This document shows positions 16,091 through 26,739 of a stretch of DNA of 64,000 nucleotides, piece by piece; the first letter of the stretch is position 1, and each line of letters starts with the position of its first letter. The position numbers were made by a program, and so were the translations under genes. Location: NCBI RefSeq assembly GCF_053078305.1, contig NZ_CP166879.1; one strand, given 5' to 3'. The notes beneath the pieces are model-generated. The model had not been told where the DNA came from and made no database searches. It was given only the letters and a program-made list of their open reading frames with translations.

Positions 16091-17347
16091 ATGAGTGGAC
16101 TCAAACAAGAACTGGGGCTGGCCCAGGGCATTGGCCTGCTATCGACGTCATTATTAGGCACTGGCGTGTTTGCCGTTCCTGCGTTAGCTGCGCTGGTAGC
16201 GGGCAATAACAGCCTGTGGGCGTGGCCCGTTTTGATTATCTTAGTGTTCCCGATTGCGATTGTGTTTGCGATTCTGGGTCGCCACTATCCCAGTGCAGGC
16301 GGCGTCGCGCACTTCGTCGGTATGGCGTTTGGTTCGCGGCTTGAGCGAGTCACCGGCTGGCTGTTTTTATCGGTCATTCCCGTGGGTTTGCCTGCCGCGC
16401 TACAAATTGCTGCCGGATTCGGCCAGGCAATGTTTGGCTGGCATAGCTGGCAACTGTTGTTGGCAGAACTCGGTACGCTGGCGTTGGTGTGGTATATCGG
16501 TACTCGCGGTGCCAGTTCCAGTGCAAATCTACAAACAGTTATTGCCGGACTTATCGTCGCGCTGATTGTCGCTATCTGGTGGGCGGGCGATATCAAACCT
16601 GCGAATATCCCCTTCCCGGCACCTGGTAATATCGAACTTACCGGGTTATTTGCTGCATTATCAGTGATGTTCTGGTGTTTTGTCGGTCTTGAAGCATTTG
16701 CCCATCTTGCCTCGGAATTTAAAAATCCAGTACGTGATTTTCCTCGTGCTTTGATGATTGGTCTGCTGCTGGCAGGATTAGTCTACTGGGGCTGTACGGT
16801 AGTCGTCTTACACTTCGACGCCTATGGTGAACAAATGGCGGCGGCAGCATCGCTTCCAAAAATTGTAGTGCAGTTGTTCGGTGTAGGAGCGTTATGGATT
16901 GCCTGCGTGATTGGCTATCTGGCCTGCTTTGCCAGTCTCAACATTTATATACAGAGCTTCGCCCGCCTGGTCTGGTCGCAGGCGCAACATAATCCTGACC
17001 ACTACCTGGCACGCCTCTCTTCTCGCCATATCCCGAATAATGCCCTCAATGCGGTGCTCGGCTGCTGCGTGGTGAGCACTTTGGTGATTCATGCTTTAGA
17101 GATCAATCTGGACGCTCTTATTATTTATGCCAATGGCATCTTTATTATGATTTATCTGTTATGCATGCTGGCAGGCTGTAAATTATTGCAAGGACGTTAT
17201 CGACTACTGGCGGTGGTTGGCGGGCTGTTATGCGTTCTGTTACTGACAATGGTCGGCTGGAAAAGTCTCTATGCGCTGATCATGCTGGCGGGGTTATGGC
17301 TGTTTCTGCCAAAACGAAAAACGCCGGAAAATGGCATAACCACATAA
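16091..17347 (+). CDS. yjeH: APC-family amino-acid exporter YjeH
   Basis: Start MSGLKQELGLAQGIGLLSTSLLGTGVF (ATG 16091); 418 aa multi-pass; the track ORF from 16031 is an extension. Confidence 0.85.
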   Translation: MSGLKQELGLAQGIGLLSTSLLGTGVFAVPALAALVAGNNSLWAWPVLIILVFPIAIVFAILGRHYPSAGGVAHFVGMAFGSRLERVTGWLFLSVIPVGLPAALQIAAGFGQAMFGWHSWQLLLAELGTLALVWYIGTRGASSSANLQTVIAGLIVALIVAIWWAGDIKPANIPFPAPGNIELTGLFAALSVMFWCFVGLEAFAHLASEFKNPVRDFPRALMIGLLLAGLVYWGCTVVVLHFDAYGEQMAAAASLPKIVVQLFGVGALWIACVIGYLACFASLNIYIQSFARLVWSQAQHNPDHYLARLSSRHIPNNALNAVLGCCVVSTLVIHALEINLDALIIYANGIFIMIYLLCMLAGCKLLQGRYRLLAVVGGLLCVLLLTMVGWKSLYALIMLAGLWLFLPKRKTPENGITT

Positions 17348-17362
17348 TCCGGCGTTTCGACA

Positions 17363-17839
17363 TTAATCCTGGCGATCGTCTTTATGATCAAGGCGGTCGC
17401 GCTCATCATCCTTTCGCTGGTACTCACCATCAAAAGTATTACCGCCACCGGTCCCGGCGCTAAAACCGCCGCCTGGCATACGAGAAAAGCGCAAATGCGG
17501 CATCAACTTCACTGTCAGATGCTTTTGCACCGGCGGCAATAAAAGCAGAAGACCGAGGAAGTCGGTGAAAAAACCCGGTAATAAAAGCAGCAAACCGGCA
17601 ATGATCAGCGAAACACTTTTAATCATCTCCGCCGCAGGGTTTTCACCCGCCGCCATTTTTTGCTGCATCAGCACGAAATTCTTAAAGCCCTGGTTACGTA
17701 CCAGTGACATACCGATAACTGACGTGAATATAACCAGCACGAGGGTCAGCAATACCCCCAATACATGGGCAACCTGAATAAAGATTGAAATCTCAATATA
17801 GACATAAAGGAAAATGGCAATAAAAGGTAACCAGCGCAA
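17363..17839 (-). CDS. fxsA: Inner-membrane protein FxsA
   Basis: 158 aa, MRWLPFIAIFLYVYIEISIFIQVAHVLGVLLTLVLVIF; sits directly upstream of aspA as in K-12. Confidence 0.85.
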   Translation of the reverse strand: MRWLPFIAIFLYVYIEISIFIQVAHVLGVLLTLVLVIFTSVIGMSLVRNQGFKNFVLMQQKMAAGENPAAEMIKSVSLIIAGLLLLLPGFFTDFLGLLLLLPPVQKHLTVKLMPHLRFSRMPGGGFSAGTGGGNTFDGEYQRKDDERDRLDHKDDRQD

Positions 17840-18174
17840 AGGTTTCTCCTGTAATAGCAGCCGGTTAACCCGGCTACCTGAATGGGTTGCGAATCGCGTT
17901 CAGCTTATATTGTGGTCATTAGCAAAATTTCAAGATGTTTGCGCAACTATTTTTGGTAGTAATCCCAAAGCGGTGATCTATTTCACAAATTAATAATTAA
18001 GGGGTAAAAACCGACACTTAAAGTGATCCAGATTACGGTAGAAATCCTCAAGCAGCATATGATCTCGGGTATTCGGTCGATGCAGGGGATAATCGTCGGT
18101 CGAAAAACATTCGAAACCACATATATTCTGTGTGTTTAAAGCAAATCATTGGCAGCTTGAAAAAGAAGGTTCAC

Positions 18175-19611
18175 ATGTCAAACAACATTCGTATCGAAGA
18201 AGATCTGTTGGGTACCAGGGAAGTTCCAGCTGATGCCTACTATGGTGTTCACACTCTGAGAGCGATTGAAAACTTCTATATCAGCAACAACAAAATCAGT
18301 GATATTCCTGAATTTGTTCGCGGTATGGTAATGGTTAAAAAAGCCGCAGCTATGGCAAACAAAGAGCTGCAAACCATTCCTAAAAGTGTAGCGAATGCCA
18401 TCATTGCCGCATGTGATGAAGTCCTGAACAACGGAAAATGCATGGATCAGTTCCCGGTAGACGTCTACCAGGGCGGCGCAGGTACTTCCGTAAACATGAA
18501 CACCAACGAAGTGCTGGCCAATATCGGTCTGGAACTGATGGGTCACCAGAAAGGTGAATATCAGTACCTGAACCCGAACGACCATGTTAACAAATGTCAG
18601 TCCACTAACGACGCCTACCCGACCGGTTTCCGTATCGCAGTTTACTCTTCCCTGATTAAGCTGGTAGATGCGATTAACCAACTGCGTGAAGGCTTTGAAC
18701 GTAAAGCTGTCGAATTCCAGGACATCCTGAAAATGGGTCGTACCCAGCTGCAGGACGCAGTACCGATGACCCTCGGTCAGGAATTCCGCGCTTTCAGCAT
18801 CCTGCTGAAAGAAGAAGTGAAAAACATCCAACGTACCGCTGAACTGCTGCTGGAAGTTAACCTTGGCGCAACAGCAATCGGTACTGGTCTGAACACGCCG
18901 AAAGAGTACTCTCCGCTGGCAGTGAAAAAACTGGCTGAAGTTACTGGCTTCCCATGCGTACCGGCTGAAGACCTGATCGAAGCGACCTCTGACTGCGGCG
19001 CTTATGTTATGGTTCACGGCGCGCTGAAACGCCTGGCTGTGAAGATGTCCAAAATCTGTAACGACCTGCGCTTGCTCTCTTCTGGTCCACGTGCCGGCCT
19101 GAACGAGATCAACCTGCCGGAACTGCAGGCGGGCTCTTCCATCATGCCAGCTAAAGTAAACCCGGTTGTTCCGGAAGTGGTTAACCAGGTATGCTTCAAA
19201 GTCATCGGTAACGACACCACTGTTACCATGGCAGCAGAAGCAGGTCAGCTGCAGTTGAACGTTATGGAGCCGGTCATTGGCCAGGCCATGTTCGAATCCG
19301 TTCACATTCTGACCAACGCTTGCTACAACCTGCTGGAAAAATGCATTAACGGCATCACTGCTAACAAAGAAGTGTGCGAAGGTTACGTTTACAACTCTAT
19401 CGGTATCGTTACTTACCTGAACCCGTTCATCGGTCACCACAACGGTGACATCGTGGGTAAAATCTGTGCCGAAACCGGTAAGAGTGTACGTGAAGTCGTT
19501 CTGGAACGCGGTCTGTTGACTGAAGCGGAACTTGACGATATTTTCTCCGTACAGAATCTGATGCACCCGGCTTACAAAGCAAAACGCTATACTGATGAAA
19601 GCGAACAGTAA
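18175..19611 (+). CDS. aspA: Aspartate ammonia-lyase AspA
   Basis: Start [18 protein letters not shown] (ATG 18175); fumarase/aspartase signature [12 protein letters not shown]; the track ORF from 18130 is an extension. Confidence 0.95.
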
Positions 19612-19636
19612 TCGTACAGGGTAGTACAAATAAAAA

Positions 19637-19665
19637 AGGCACGTCAGATGACGTGCCTTTTTTCT
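19637..19665. terminator. Rho-independent terminator after aspA
   Basis: AGGCACGTC-agat-GACGTGCCT hairpin flanked by an A run upstream and a T run downstream. Confidence 0.7.
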
Positions 19666-19728
19666 TGTGAGCAGTAACTTAAAAATAACAATCTAATATC
19701 AACTTGTTAAAAAACAAGGAAGGCTAAT

Positions 19729-21030
19729 ATGCTAGTTGTAGAACTCATCATAGTTTTGCTGGCGATCTTCTTGGGCGCCAGATTGGGGGGAATAGGTATT
19801 GGTTTTGCAGGCGGATTGGGGGTGCTGGTTCTTGCCGCTATTGGCGTTAAACCCGGTAACATCCCATTCGATGTCATTTCCATTATCATGGCGGTTATCG
19901 CCGCTATTTCTGCCATGCAGGTTGCTGGCGGTCTGGACTATCTGGTTCATCAGACAGAAAAGCTGCTGCGCCGTAACCCGAAATACATCACGATCCTCGC
20001 ACCGATCGTGACCTATTTCCTGACTATCTTTGCTGGTACTGGCAACATCTCTCTGGCGACACTGCCAGTTATCGCTGAAGTTGCGAAGGAACAAGGCGTT
20101 AAACCTTGCCGTCCGCTGTCTACTGCAGTGGTATCCGCGCAGATTGCGATCACCGCATCGCCAATCTCAGCGGCAGTGGTTTACATGTCTTCCGTGATGG
20201 AAGGTCATGGCATCAGCTACCTCCATCTGCTCTCCGTGGTCATCCCGTCCACCCTGCTGGCGGTTCTGGTGATGTCCTTCCTGGTCACTATGCTGTTCAA
20301 CTCCAAACTCTCTGACGATCCGATTTATCGCAAGCGTCTGGAAGAGGGCCTGGTTGAACTGCGCGGTGAAAAGCAGATTGAAATCAAATCCGGTGCAAAA
20401 ACGTCCGTCTGGCTGTTCCTGCTGGGCGTAGTTGGCGTGGTTATCTATGCAATCATCAACAGCCCAAGCATGGGTCTGGTTGAAAAACCGCTGATGAACA
20501 CCACCAACGCAATCCTGATCATCATGCTCAGCGTTGCAACTCTGACCACCGTTATCTGTAAAGTCGATACCGACAACATCCTCAACTCCAGCACCTTCAA
20601 AGCAGGTATGAGCGCCTGTATTTGTATCCTGGGTGTTGCGTGGCTGGGCGATACTTTCGTTTCCAACAACATCGACTGGATCAAAGATACCGCTGGTGAA
20701 GTGATTCAGGGTCATCCGTGGCTGCTGGCCGTCATCTTCTTCTTTGCTTCTGCTCTGCTGTACTCTCAGGCTGCAACCGCAAAAGCACTGATGCCGATGG
20801 CTCTGGCACTGAACGTTTCTCCGCTGACCGCTGTTGCTTCTTTCGCTGCGGTGTCTGGTCTGTTCATTCTGCCGACCTACCCGACGCTGGTTGCTGCGGT
20901 ACAGATGGATGACACGGGTACTACCCGTATCGGTAAATTCGTCTTCAACCATCCGTTCTTCATCCCGGGTACTCTGGGTGTTGCCCTGGCCGTTTGCTTC
21001 GGCTTCGTGCTGGGTAGCTTCATGCTGTAA
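19729..21030 (+). CDS. dcuA: Anaerobic C4-dicarboxylate transporter DcuA
   Basis: 433-aa multi-pass membrane protein, MLVVELIIVLLAIFLGARLGGIGIGFAGGLGVLVLA; aspA-dcuA arrangement. Confidence 0.95.
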   Translation: MLVVELIIVLLAIFLGARLGGIGIGFAGGLGVLVLAAIGVKPGNIPFDVISIIMAVIAAISAMQVAGGLDYLVHQTEKLLRRNPKYITILAPIVTYFLTIFAGTGNISLATLPVIAEVAKEQGVKPCRPLSTAVVSAQIAITASPISAAVVYMSSVMEGHGISYLHLLSVVIPSTLLAVLVMSFLVTMLFNSKLSDDPIYRKRLEEGLVELRGEKQIEIKSGAKTSVWLFLLGVVGVVIYAIINSPSMGLVEKPLMNTTNAILIIMLSVATLTTVICKVDTDNILNSSTFKAGMSACICILGVAWLGDTFVSNNIDWIKDTAGEVIQGHPWLLAVIFFFASALLYSQAATAKALMPMALALNVSPLTAVASFAAVSGLFILPTYPTLVAAVQMDDTGTTRIGKFVFNHPFFIPGTLGVALAVCFGFVLGSFML

Positions 21031-21039
21031 TGACCAATC

Positions 21040-21066
21040 GCGGGGCGTTCACGCCCCGCTTTCTTT
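21040..21066 (+). terminator. Rho-independent terminator after dcuA
   Basis: GCGGGGCG-ttca-CGCCCCGC followed by TTTCTTT. Confidence 0.65.
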
Positions 21067-21145
21067 CCCGCCGACTAACATCCTTCCCCCGTCCGTTGTA
21101 TAGTGACCTCTCTCTTGCGGTTCCATCTGTTCTTGCGAGGTGTTT

Positions 21146-21484
21146 ATGCTTGATGAAAAAAGTTCGAATACCGCGTCTGTCGTGGTGCTATGTACCGCAC
21201 CGGATGAAGCGACAGCCCAGGATTTAGCCGCCAAAGTGCTGGCGGAAAAACTGGCGGCCTGCGCGACCTTGATCCCCGGCGCTACCTCTCTCTATTACTG
21301 GGAAGGTAAGCTGGAGCAAGAATACGAAGTGCAGATGATTTTAAAAACTACCGTATCTCACCAGCAGGCACTGCTGGAATGCCTGAAGTCTCATCATCCA
21401 TATCAAACCCCGGAACTTCTGGTTTTACCTGTTACACACGGAGACACAGATTACCTCTCATGGCTCAACGCATCTTTACGCTGA
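21146..21484 (+). CDS. cutA: Divalent-cation tolerance protein CutA
   Basis: Start [32 protein letters not shown] (ATG 21146); 112 aa; overlaps the dsbD start. Confidence 0.9.
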
Positions 21485-23157
21485 TCCTGCTACTTTGCAG
21501 CACTTCCGTTTTTGCCGGATTATTCGACGCGCCGGGACGTTCACAATTTGTCCCCGCGGATCAAGCCTTTGCTTTTGATTTTCAGCAAAACCAACATGAC
21601 CTTAATCTGACCTGGCAGATCAAAGACGGTTACTACCTCTACCGTAAACAGATCCGCATTACGCCGGAACACGCGAAAATTGCCGACGTGCAGTTGCCGC
21701 AAGGCGTCTGGCATGAAGATGAGTTTTACGGCAAAAGCGAGATTTACCGCGATCGGCTGACGCTTCCCGTAACCATCAACCAGGCGAGTGCGGGAGCGAC
21801 GTTAACTGTCACCTACCAGGGCTGTGCTGATGCCGGTTTCTGTTATCCGCCAGAAACCAAAACCGTTCCGTTAAGCGAAGTGGTCGCCAACAACGCAGCG
21901 TCACAGCCTGTGTCTGTTCCGCAGCAAGAGCAGCACACCGCGCAATTGCCCTTTTCCGCGCTCTGGGCGTTGTTGATCGGTATTGGTATCGCCTTTACGC
22001 CATGCGTGCTGCCAATGTACCCACTGATTTCTGGCATCGTGCTGGGTGGTAAACAGCGGCTCTCCACTGCCAGAGCATTGTTGCTGACCTTTATTTATGT
22101 GCAGGGGATGGCTCTGACTTACACGGCGCTGGGTCTGGTAGTTGCCGCCGCAGGGTTACAGTTCCAGGCGGCGCTACAGCACCCATACGTGCTCATTGGC
22201 CTCGCCATCGTCTTTACCTTGCTGGCGATGTCAATGTTTGGCTTGTTTACTCTACAACTCCCCTCCTCGCTGCAAACGCGCCTCACGCTGATGAGCAATC
22301 GCCAACAGGGCGGCTCACCCGGCGGAGTGTTTATTATGGGGGCGATTGCCGGACTGATCTGTTCACCATGCACCACCGCACCGCTTAGCGCGATTCTGCT
22401 GTATATCGCCCAAAGCGGGAACATGTGGCTGGGCGGCGGCACGCTTTATCTCTATGCGTTGGGCATGGGCCTGCCGCTGATGCTAATTACCGTCTTTGGT
22501 AACCGCTTGCTGCCGAAAAGCGGCCCGTGGATGGAACAAGTCAAAACCGCGTTTGGTTTTGTGATCCTCGCACTGCCGGTCTTCCTGCTGGAGCGAGTGA
22601 TTGGTGATATATGGGGATTACGCTTGTGGTCGGCGCTGGGTGTCGCATTCTTTGGCTGGGCCTTTATCACCAGCCTACAGGCCAAACGCGGCTGGATGCG
22701 CGTGGTGCAAATAATCCTGCTTGCAGCGGCATTGGTTAGCGTGCGCCCACTTCAGGATTGGGCATTTGGTGCGACGCATACCGCGCAAACTCAGACGCAT
22801 CTCAACTTTACACAAATCAAAACGGTAGATGAGTTAAATCAGGCGCTCGTTGAAGCCAAAGGCAAACCGGTGATGTTAGATCTTTATGCCGACTGGTGCG
22901 TCGCCTGTAAAGAGTTTGAGAAATACACCTTCAGCGACCCGCAGGTGCAAAAAGCGTTAGCAGACACGGTCTTACTTCAGGCCAACGTCACGGCCAACGA
23001 CGCACAAGATGTGGCGCTGTTAAAGCATCTTAATGTCCTTGGCCTACCGACAATTCTCTTTTTTGACGGACAAGGCCAGGAGCATCCACAAGCACGCGTC
23101 ACGGGCTTTATGGATGCTGAAACCTTCAGCGCACATTTGCGCGATCGCCAACCGTGA
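21460..23157 (+). CDS. dsbD: Thiol:disulfide interchange protein DsbD
   Basis: Start [19 protein letters not shown] (ATG 21460); 565 aa; C-terminal thioredoxin CVAC motif ([16 protein letters not shown]); the track ORF from 21379 is an extension. Confidence 0.95.
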
Positions 23158-23193
23158 ACGACACTTGCAGTGGGAAAGACGGAGGAAAATAGC

Positions 23194-23769
23194 GTGCAAC
23201 GTGAAGATGTACTGGGAGAAGCCCTGAAATTATTAGAATTACAAGGGATTGCCAACACCACGCTGGAGATGGTTGCTGAACGTGTGGATTATCCACTGGA
23301 CGAGCTACGCCGCTTCTGGCCAGACAAAGAGGCAATCCTCTACGATGCGCTGCGTTATCTTAGCCAACAGATAGATATCTGGCGTCGTCAGCTGATGCTG
23401 GACGAAACGCAAACCGCCGAACAAAAGCTGCTGGCACGTTATCAGGCGTTATCGGAGTGCGTTAAAAACAACCGCTATCCGGGCTGTCTATTTATCGCTG
23501 CCTGTACGTTTTATCCCGATCCTGGCCACCCTATTCATCAACTGGCCGATCAGCAAAAAAGCGCGGCCTACGATTTCACCCACGAACTGTTAACCACGTT
23601 GGAAGTTGACGATCCGGCGATGGTAGCAAAGCAGATGGAACTGGTGCTGGAAGGCTGTTTAAGCCGAATGCTGGTAAATCGTAGCCAGGCGGATGTCGAC
23701 ACTGCACATCGGCTGGCGGAAGATATCCTGCGCTTCGCCCGCTGCCGCCAGGGTGGCGCATTGACCTGA
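23194..23769 (+). CDS. yjdC: TetR-family transcriptional regulator YjdC
   Basis: In-frame GTG at 23194 gives 191 aa ([31 protein letters not shown], helix-turn-helix N-terminus); the track start 23170 is also a GTG, so the start is uncertain by 8 codons. Confidence 0.8.
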   Translation: MQREDVLGEALKLLELQGIANTTLEMVAERVDYPLDELRRFWPDKEAILYDALRYLSQQIDIWRRQLMLDETQTAEQKLLARYQALSECVKNNRYPGCLFIAACTFYPDPGHPIHQLADQQKSAAYDFTHELLTTLEVDDPAMVAKQMELVLEGCLSRMLVNRSQADVDTAHRLAEDILRFARCRQGGALT

Positions 23770-23875
23770 CAGAAACACAGAAAAGAAGCGATTTGCCGCA
23801 ATCTTAAGCAGTTGAATCGCTTTTACTGAAATTAGGTTGACGAGATGTGCAGATTACGGTTTAATGCGCCCCGTT

Positions 23876-23951
23876 GCCCGGATAGCTCAGTCGGTAGAGC
23901 AGGGGATTGAAAATCCCCGTGTCGGTGGTTCGATTCCGCCTCCGGGCACCA
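23876..23951 (+). tRNA. pheU: tRNA-Phe (anticodon GAA), pheU-type locus
   Basis: 76 nt: GCCCGGA acceptor stem pairing with TCCGGGC, D-arm AGCTCAGTCGGTAGAGC, anticodon loop ATTGAAAAT (GAA), T-loop TTCGATT, 3' CCA; followed directly by an integrase gene. Confidence 0.95.
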
Positions 23952-24146
23952 TATACCAGAACACGCTGGTTAAGGGATGAGATCCTTGACGGGCGGTTAA
24001 TACAGGATGCGGCATCAAAGGGTCTCCGTTTGTGTAAGTTGTGGTTACACTGATTGAGTTCGGTATCGTATCCTCAAACAGGGTCTCTTTTGCAGAGACG
24101 CCCTGTTCTCGTTAACACTGTATGCTTACATTGCTGATTCAGCCTG

Positions 24147-25184
24147 TCAAGATTTATTCCCCCCTTTGCAAATCTTGCTCACTGTGCGCTCATCTGTATA
24201 CAAACTCAGGGCATCTTCCAGTGTCTGCGCTGCAGACTCCATACAGACATCAACATACCCCATGGTCGTTGTAAGACTCCTGTGTCCCAGTATGGATTTG
24301 ACCAGATGTAAATTACGTTCAGGATATTTCATCAGTCTGGTTGCCAGCGTATGTCTGAAACGATGTGGTGAAACAGGAAAACCACATTCTCGCGAAAGTC
24401 GCCGGAAAAATGAACGTACGGTCTGATGCGCCCGAACGGGACAGTACTGATATCTGTCGGCAGAGATCGGCTCACTGAAACGACAGACGTCAAAAAGATA
24501 GTCATCATCACCTGCCCCGCACTGACGGGCCCGCTCCAGCAGTTTTTCCATCGATACCTTCAGGGGAGCCACCAGAGGAACGCCCCATTCCCTGTGAGTT
24601 TTACTTCCCTCCAGCTTAAGATCAATTATGCTTTCATCCGGACAGACATCCCTCACACGGATATGCTTCAGTTGATTAAAGCGCATTCCGGTATAACGCA
24701 GAACATCCAGAACTGTCAGCCAGTACCAGGCAGGGTATATAGCATTGCGTCGACGACTATTCACCATGTTCTGCTCTTCCGCTTCTGCAAACCTCTGCAC
24801 AACCAGGTAAACCCTGAGCATCTGATTGTCACTCAGTGTCTTTTTCTTTTTTTCAGTACTCGCAACTGATGCTTCCACCAACGGGTTTTCTGTCTGAGGC
24901 AGCAGTTTCATCTTGATCCCGAATCCCATAATTGCCCGCAAGTGGGCCACCTTGTTATTCCAGGTCACCTCCCTGCGCTTCTGCTCTTTCAGGACATAAC
25001 GCCGGTATCGCTGAACATCACGGACAGTCACCTCCCCCGGCAAAATATCACCGATAAATTCCCTGAATACCCTGACAACTTTGCAGTAGCTCCACTCTGT
25101 ATCCGGCCGAAGATTCTTTGAAAAAAAGTACTCTTCCAGCAGTTGTTCCCAGGTGATTTTTGTGACGGAATCGTCATTCTGCAT
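24147..25184 (-). CDS. Tyrosine-type site-specific integrase (island integrase)
   Basis: Start MQNDDSVTKITWEQLL (ATG 25184); catalytic signatures TGMRFNQL, HRFRHTLATRL and LGHRSLTTTMGYV; adjacent to the tRNA 3' end. Confidence 0.85.
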   Translation of the reverse strand: MQNDDSVTKITWEQLLEEYFFSKNLRPDTEWSYCKVVRVFREFIGDILPGEVTVRDVQRYRRYVLKEQKRREVTWNNKVAHLRAIMGFGIKMKLLPQTENPLVEASVASTEKKKKTLSDNQMLRVYLVVQRFAEAEEQNMVNSRRRNAIYPAWYWLTVLDVLRYTGMRFNQLKHIRVRDVCPDESIIDLKLEGSKTHREWGVPLVAPLKVSMEKLLERARQCGAGDDDYLFDVCRFSEPISADRYQYCPVRAHQTVRSFFRRLSRECGFPVSPHRFRHTLATRLMKYPERNLHLVKSILGHRSLTTTMGYVDVCMESAAQTLEDALSLYTDERTVSKICKGGNKS

Positions 25185-25251
25185 TATATATTCCCCTTGT
25201 TTACTGTGCTCCCGCACTCTCCGGTCAAATTCTGCACATCATCGCCTTTAC

Positions 25252-26739
25252 TCACCCGAAAACAATAAGCGGGCTGTCTCCGGGAACCGTAATATTCCCG
25301 TACAGAAACCTGCCCTTAACCAGATATCCCGAAACCATTTTGTAACGTCCGGAATGTTCTGCGTCACTATAAAGACGGGCCTGAAAAAAACGCTCTCCTG
25401 AACGTACCTTATGGATACCTGCCCGTTCAAAGAGCGACTGAACATAACGACGATCCTGCCCGGAACCACTCTCCTTCAGAAAACGATAAAAAATCCCCGG
25501 GGCACACAGAAAAACATATCCGGAAACAACATGAACATTTGAATCAACGCTGTTAACCGAAAGTGAACCCTCCCTCAGCCCCTCTTTTAACCATCTGATA
25601 AATTCACTCTCTACCCTGCTATCCTCTGTCAGGGAAAACTCTGCCGTTTTTTCCACTGTTTCCGGGATACGGTTTCCCTGATTTTCTGTTACACATCCGC
25701 TCTCTTCCGGTAACTCAATACCGCTTTCTTTATCCGGCGGCACGCCTGACGCTATCTGCCCTCCCTCATCCGACAAATCAGCAGCAGAAAACAGCGTAAG
25801 GAGCATTCCGGTATCAGCATCAGTTTCGTTCCCCTCATCCACCTCCTGTTCCGCTGTCCGGCCCTCATTTTCGGCATCCTCCACTGGCGACTGTACAACC
25901 GGCAACGGCTGAATGACGCTTTCTGCTGAAATTGCTGCTGACTGCAGCAGTACCGGAACAACCTCAGCCACCGGAACTTCGGCCACATCTCCTGCAGCGA
26001 GGGGACTCACGACTTCCTCCATAGCTTCCTGTAATACTGTACGTATCAGTGCCATTTCAGGATGCTGATGCCAGACTGCTCCGGCAAGATTCTGTAATGC
26101 CCCCGGGACAGTGGCAAGCCAGGCTCCCGCCTCTCCGGGCAGCAGTTGTCCCGCCATCAGGGCTGCCAGTTGCCGTCCCTCCGTTCCCTGGCAGGGCATC
26201 TTCCTGAACCGGAACCGGTATACGCCCTCAGGTACAGATATCCCCGGCTGCCAGCATCTGCCGTCGGCCTGTTCGCCTTCCAGTTCCGCCAGCAACGGCA
26301 GGTGATAAAACAGAGCCGACCAGAACACCACCATGTTCCACACACTCCCCTGCGCGGCCTGCTCTTCTGCTGTCGCTCCCGGTGGAAACATTCTGCCTCT
26401 GGCCAGCCGGACAGCATACGTCGTGAACTGCAGGGTCAGGTCACCAAAACCACCGGTGTAACCCCAGCGACCTTCTGCTGTGGCCGGCAGATTCTGACTG
26501 ACAGACAACAACTGATGCACAGGATCAAGACAAAGGCGCTGATACATATCCACCGGCATGGAACTGTTTTCCCATAACTGTTTCAGACACCTTTTCCTGA
26601 ACGGTGTGGATACCAGTACATCAGCCGGCAATGGTGTAAAATACCCCTCCGGCACCGTTTCCCCGGGAATATCCGTCCGGACATCAGAACATTCTGTCTT
26701 CACAGGAAATAACCTTTTCAGGCGTTCAAGCATGCCCAT
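25252..26739 (-). CDS. Hypothetical protein (495 aa) with an acidic low-complexity central region; operon partner of the helicase
   Basis: Long ORF whose start overlaps the stop of the upstream helicase gene by 14 nt; no motif I can assign. Confidence 0.5.
   Translation of the reverse strand: MGMLERLKRLFPVKTECSDVRTDIPGETVPEGYFTPLPADVLVSTPFRKRCLKQLWENSSMPVDMYQRLCLDPVHQLLSVSQNLPATAEGRWGYTGGFGDLTLQFTTYAVRLARGRMFPPGATAEEQAAQGSVWNMVVFWSALFYHLPLLAELEGEQADGRCWQPGISVPEGVYRFRFRKMPCQGTEGRQLAALMAGQLLPGEAGAWLATVPGALQNLAGAVWHQHPEMALIRTVLQEAMEEVVSPLAAGDVAEVPVAEVVPVLLQSAAISAESVIQPLPVVQSPVEDAENEGRTAEQEVDEGNETDADTGMLLTLFSAADLSDEGGQIASGVPPDKESGIELPEESGCVTENQGNRIPETVEKTAEFSLTEDSRVESEFIRWLKEGLREGSLSVNSVDSNVHVVSGYVFLCAPGIFYRFLKESGSGQDRRYVQSLFERAGIHKVRSGERFFQARLYSDAEHSGRYKMVSGYLVKGRFLYGNITVPGDSPLIVFG

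Noticed and set aside
18178-19629. 483-aa minus-strand ORF inside aspA
   Set aside because: Antisense to aspA; no start context or homology.
20167-20952. 261-aa minus-strand ORF inside dcuA
   Set aside because: Antisense to dcuA.
21379-21459. N-terminal extension of the dsbD ORF
   Set aside because: It lies inside cutA in another frame; the DsbD signal peptide begins at 21460.
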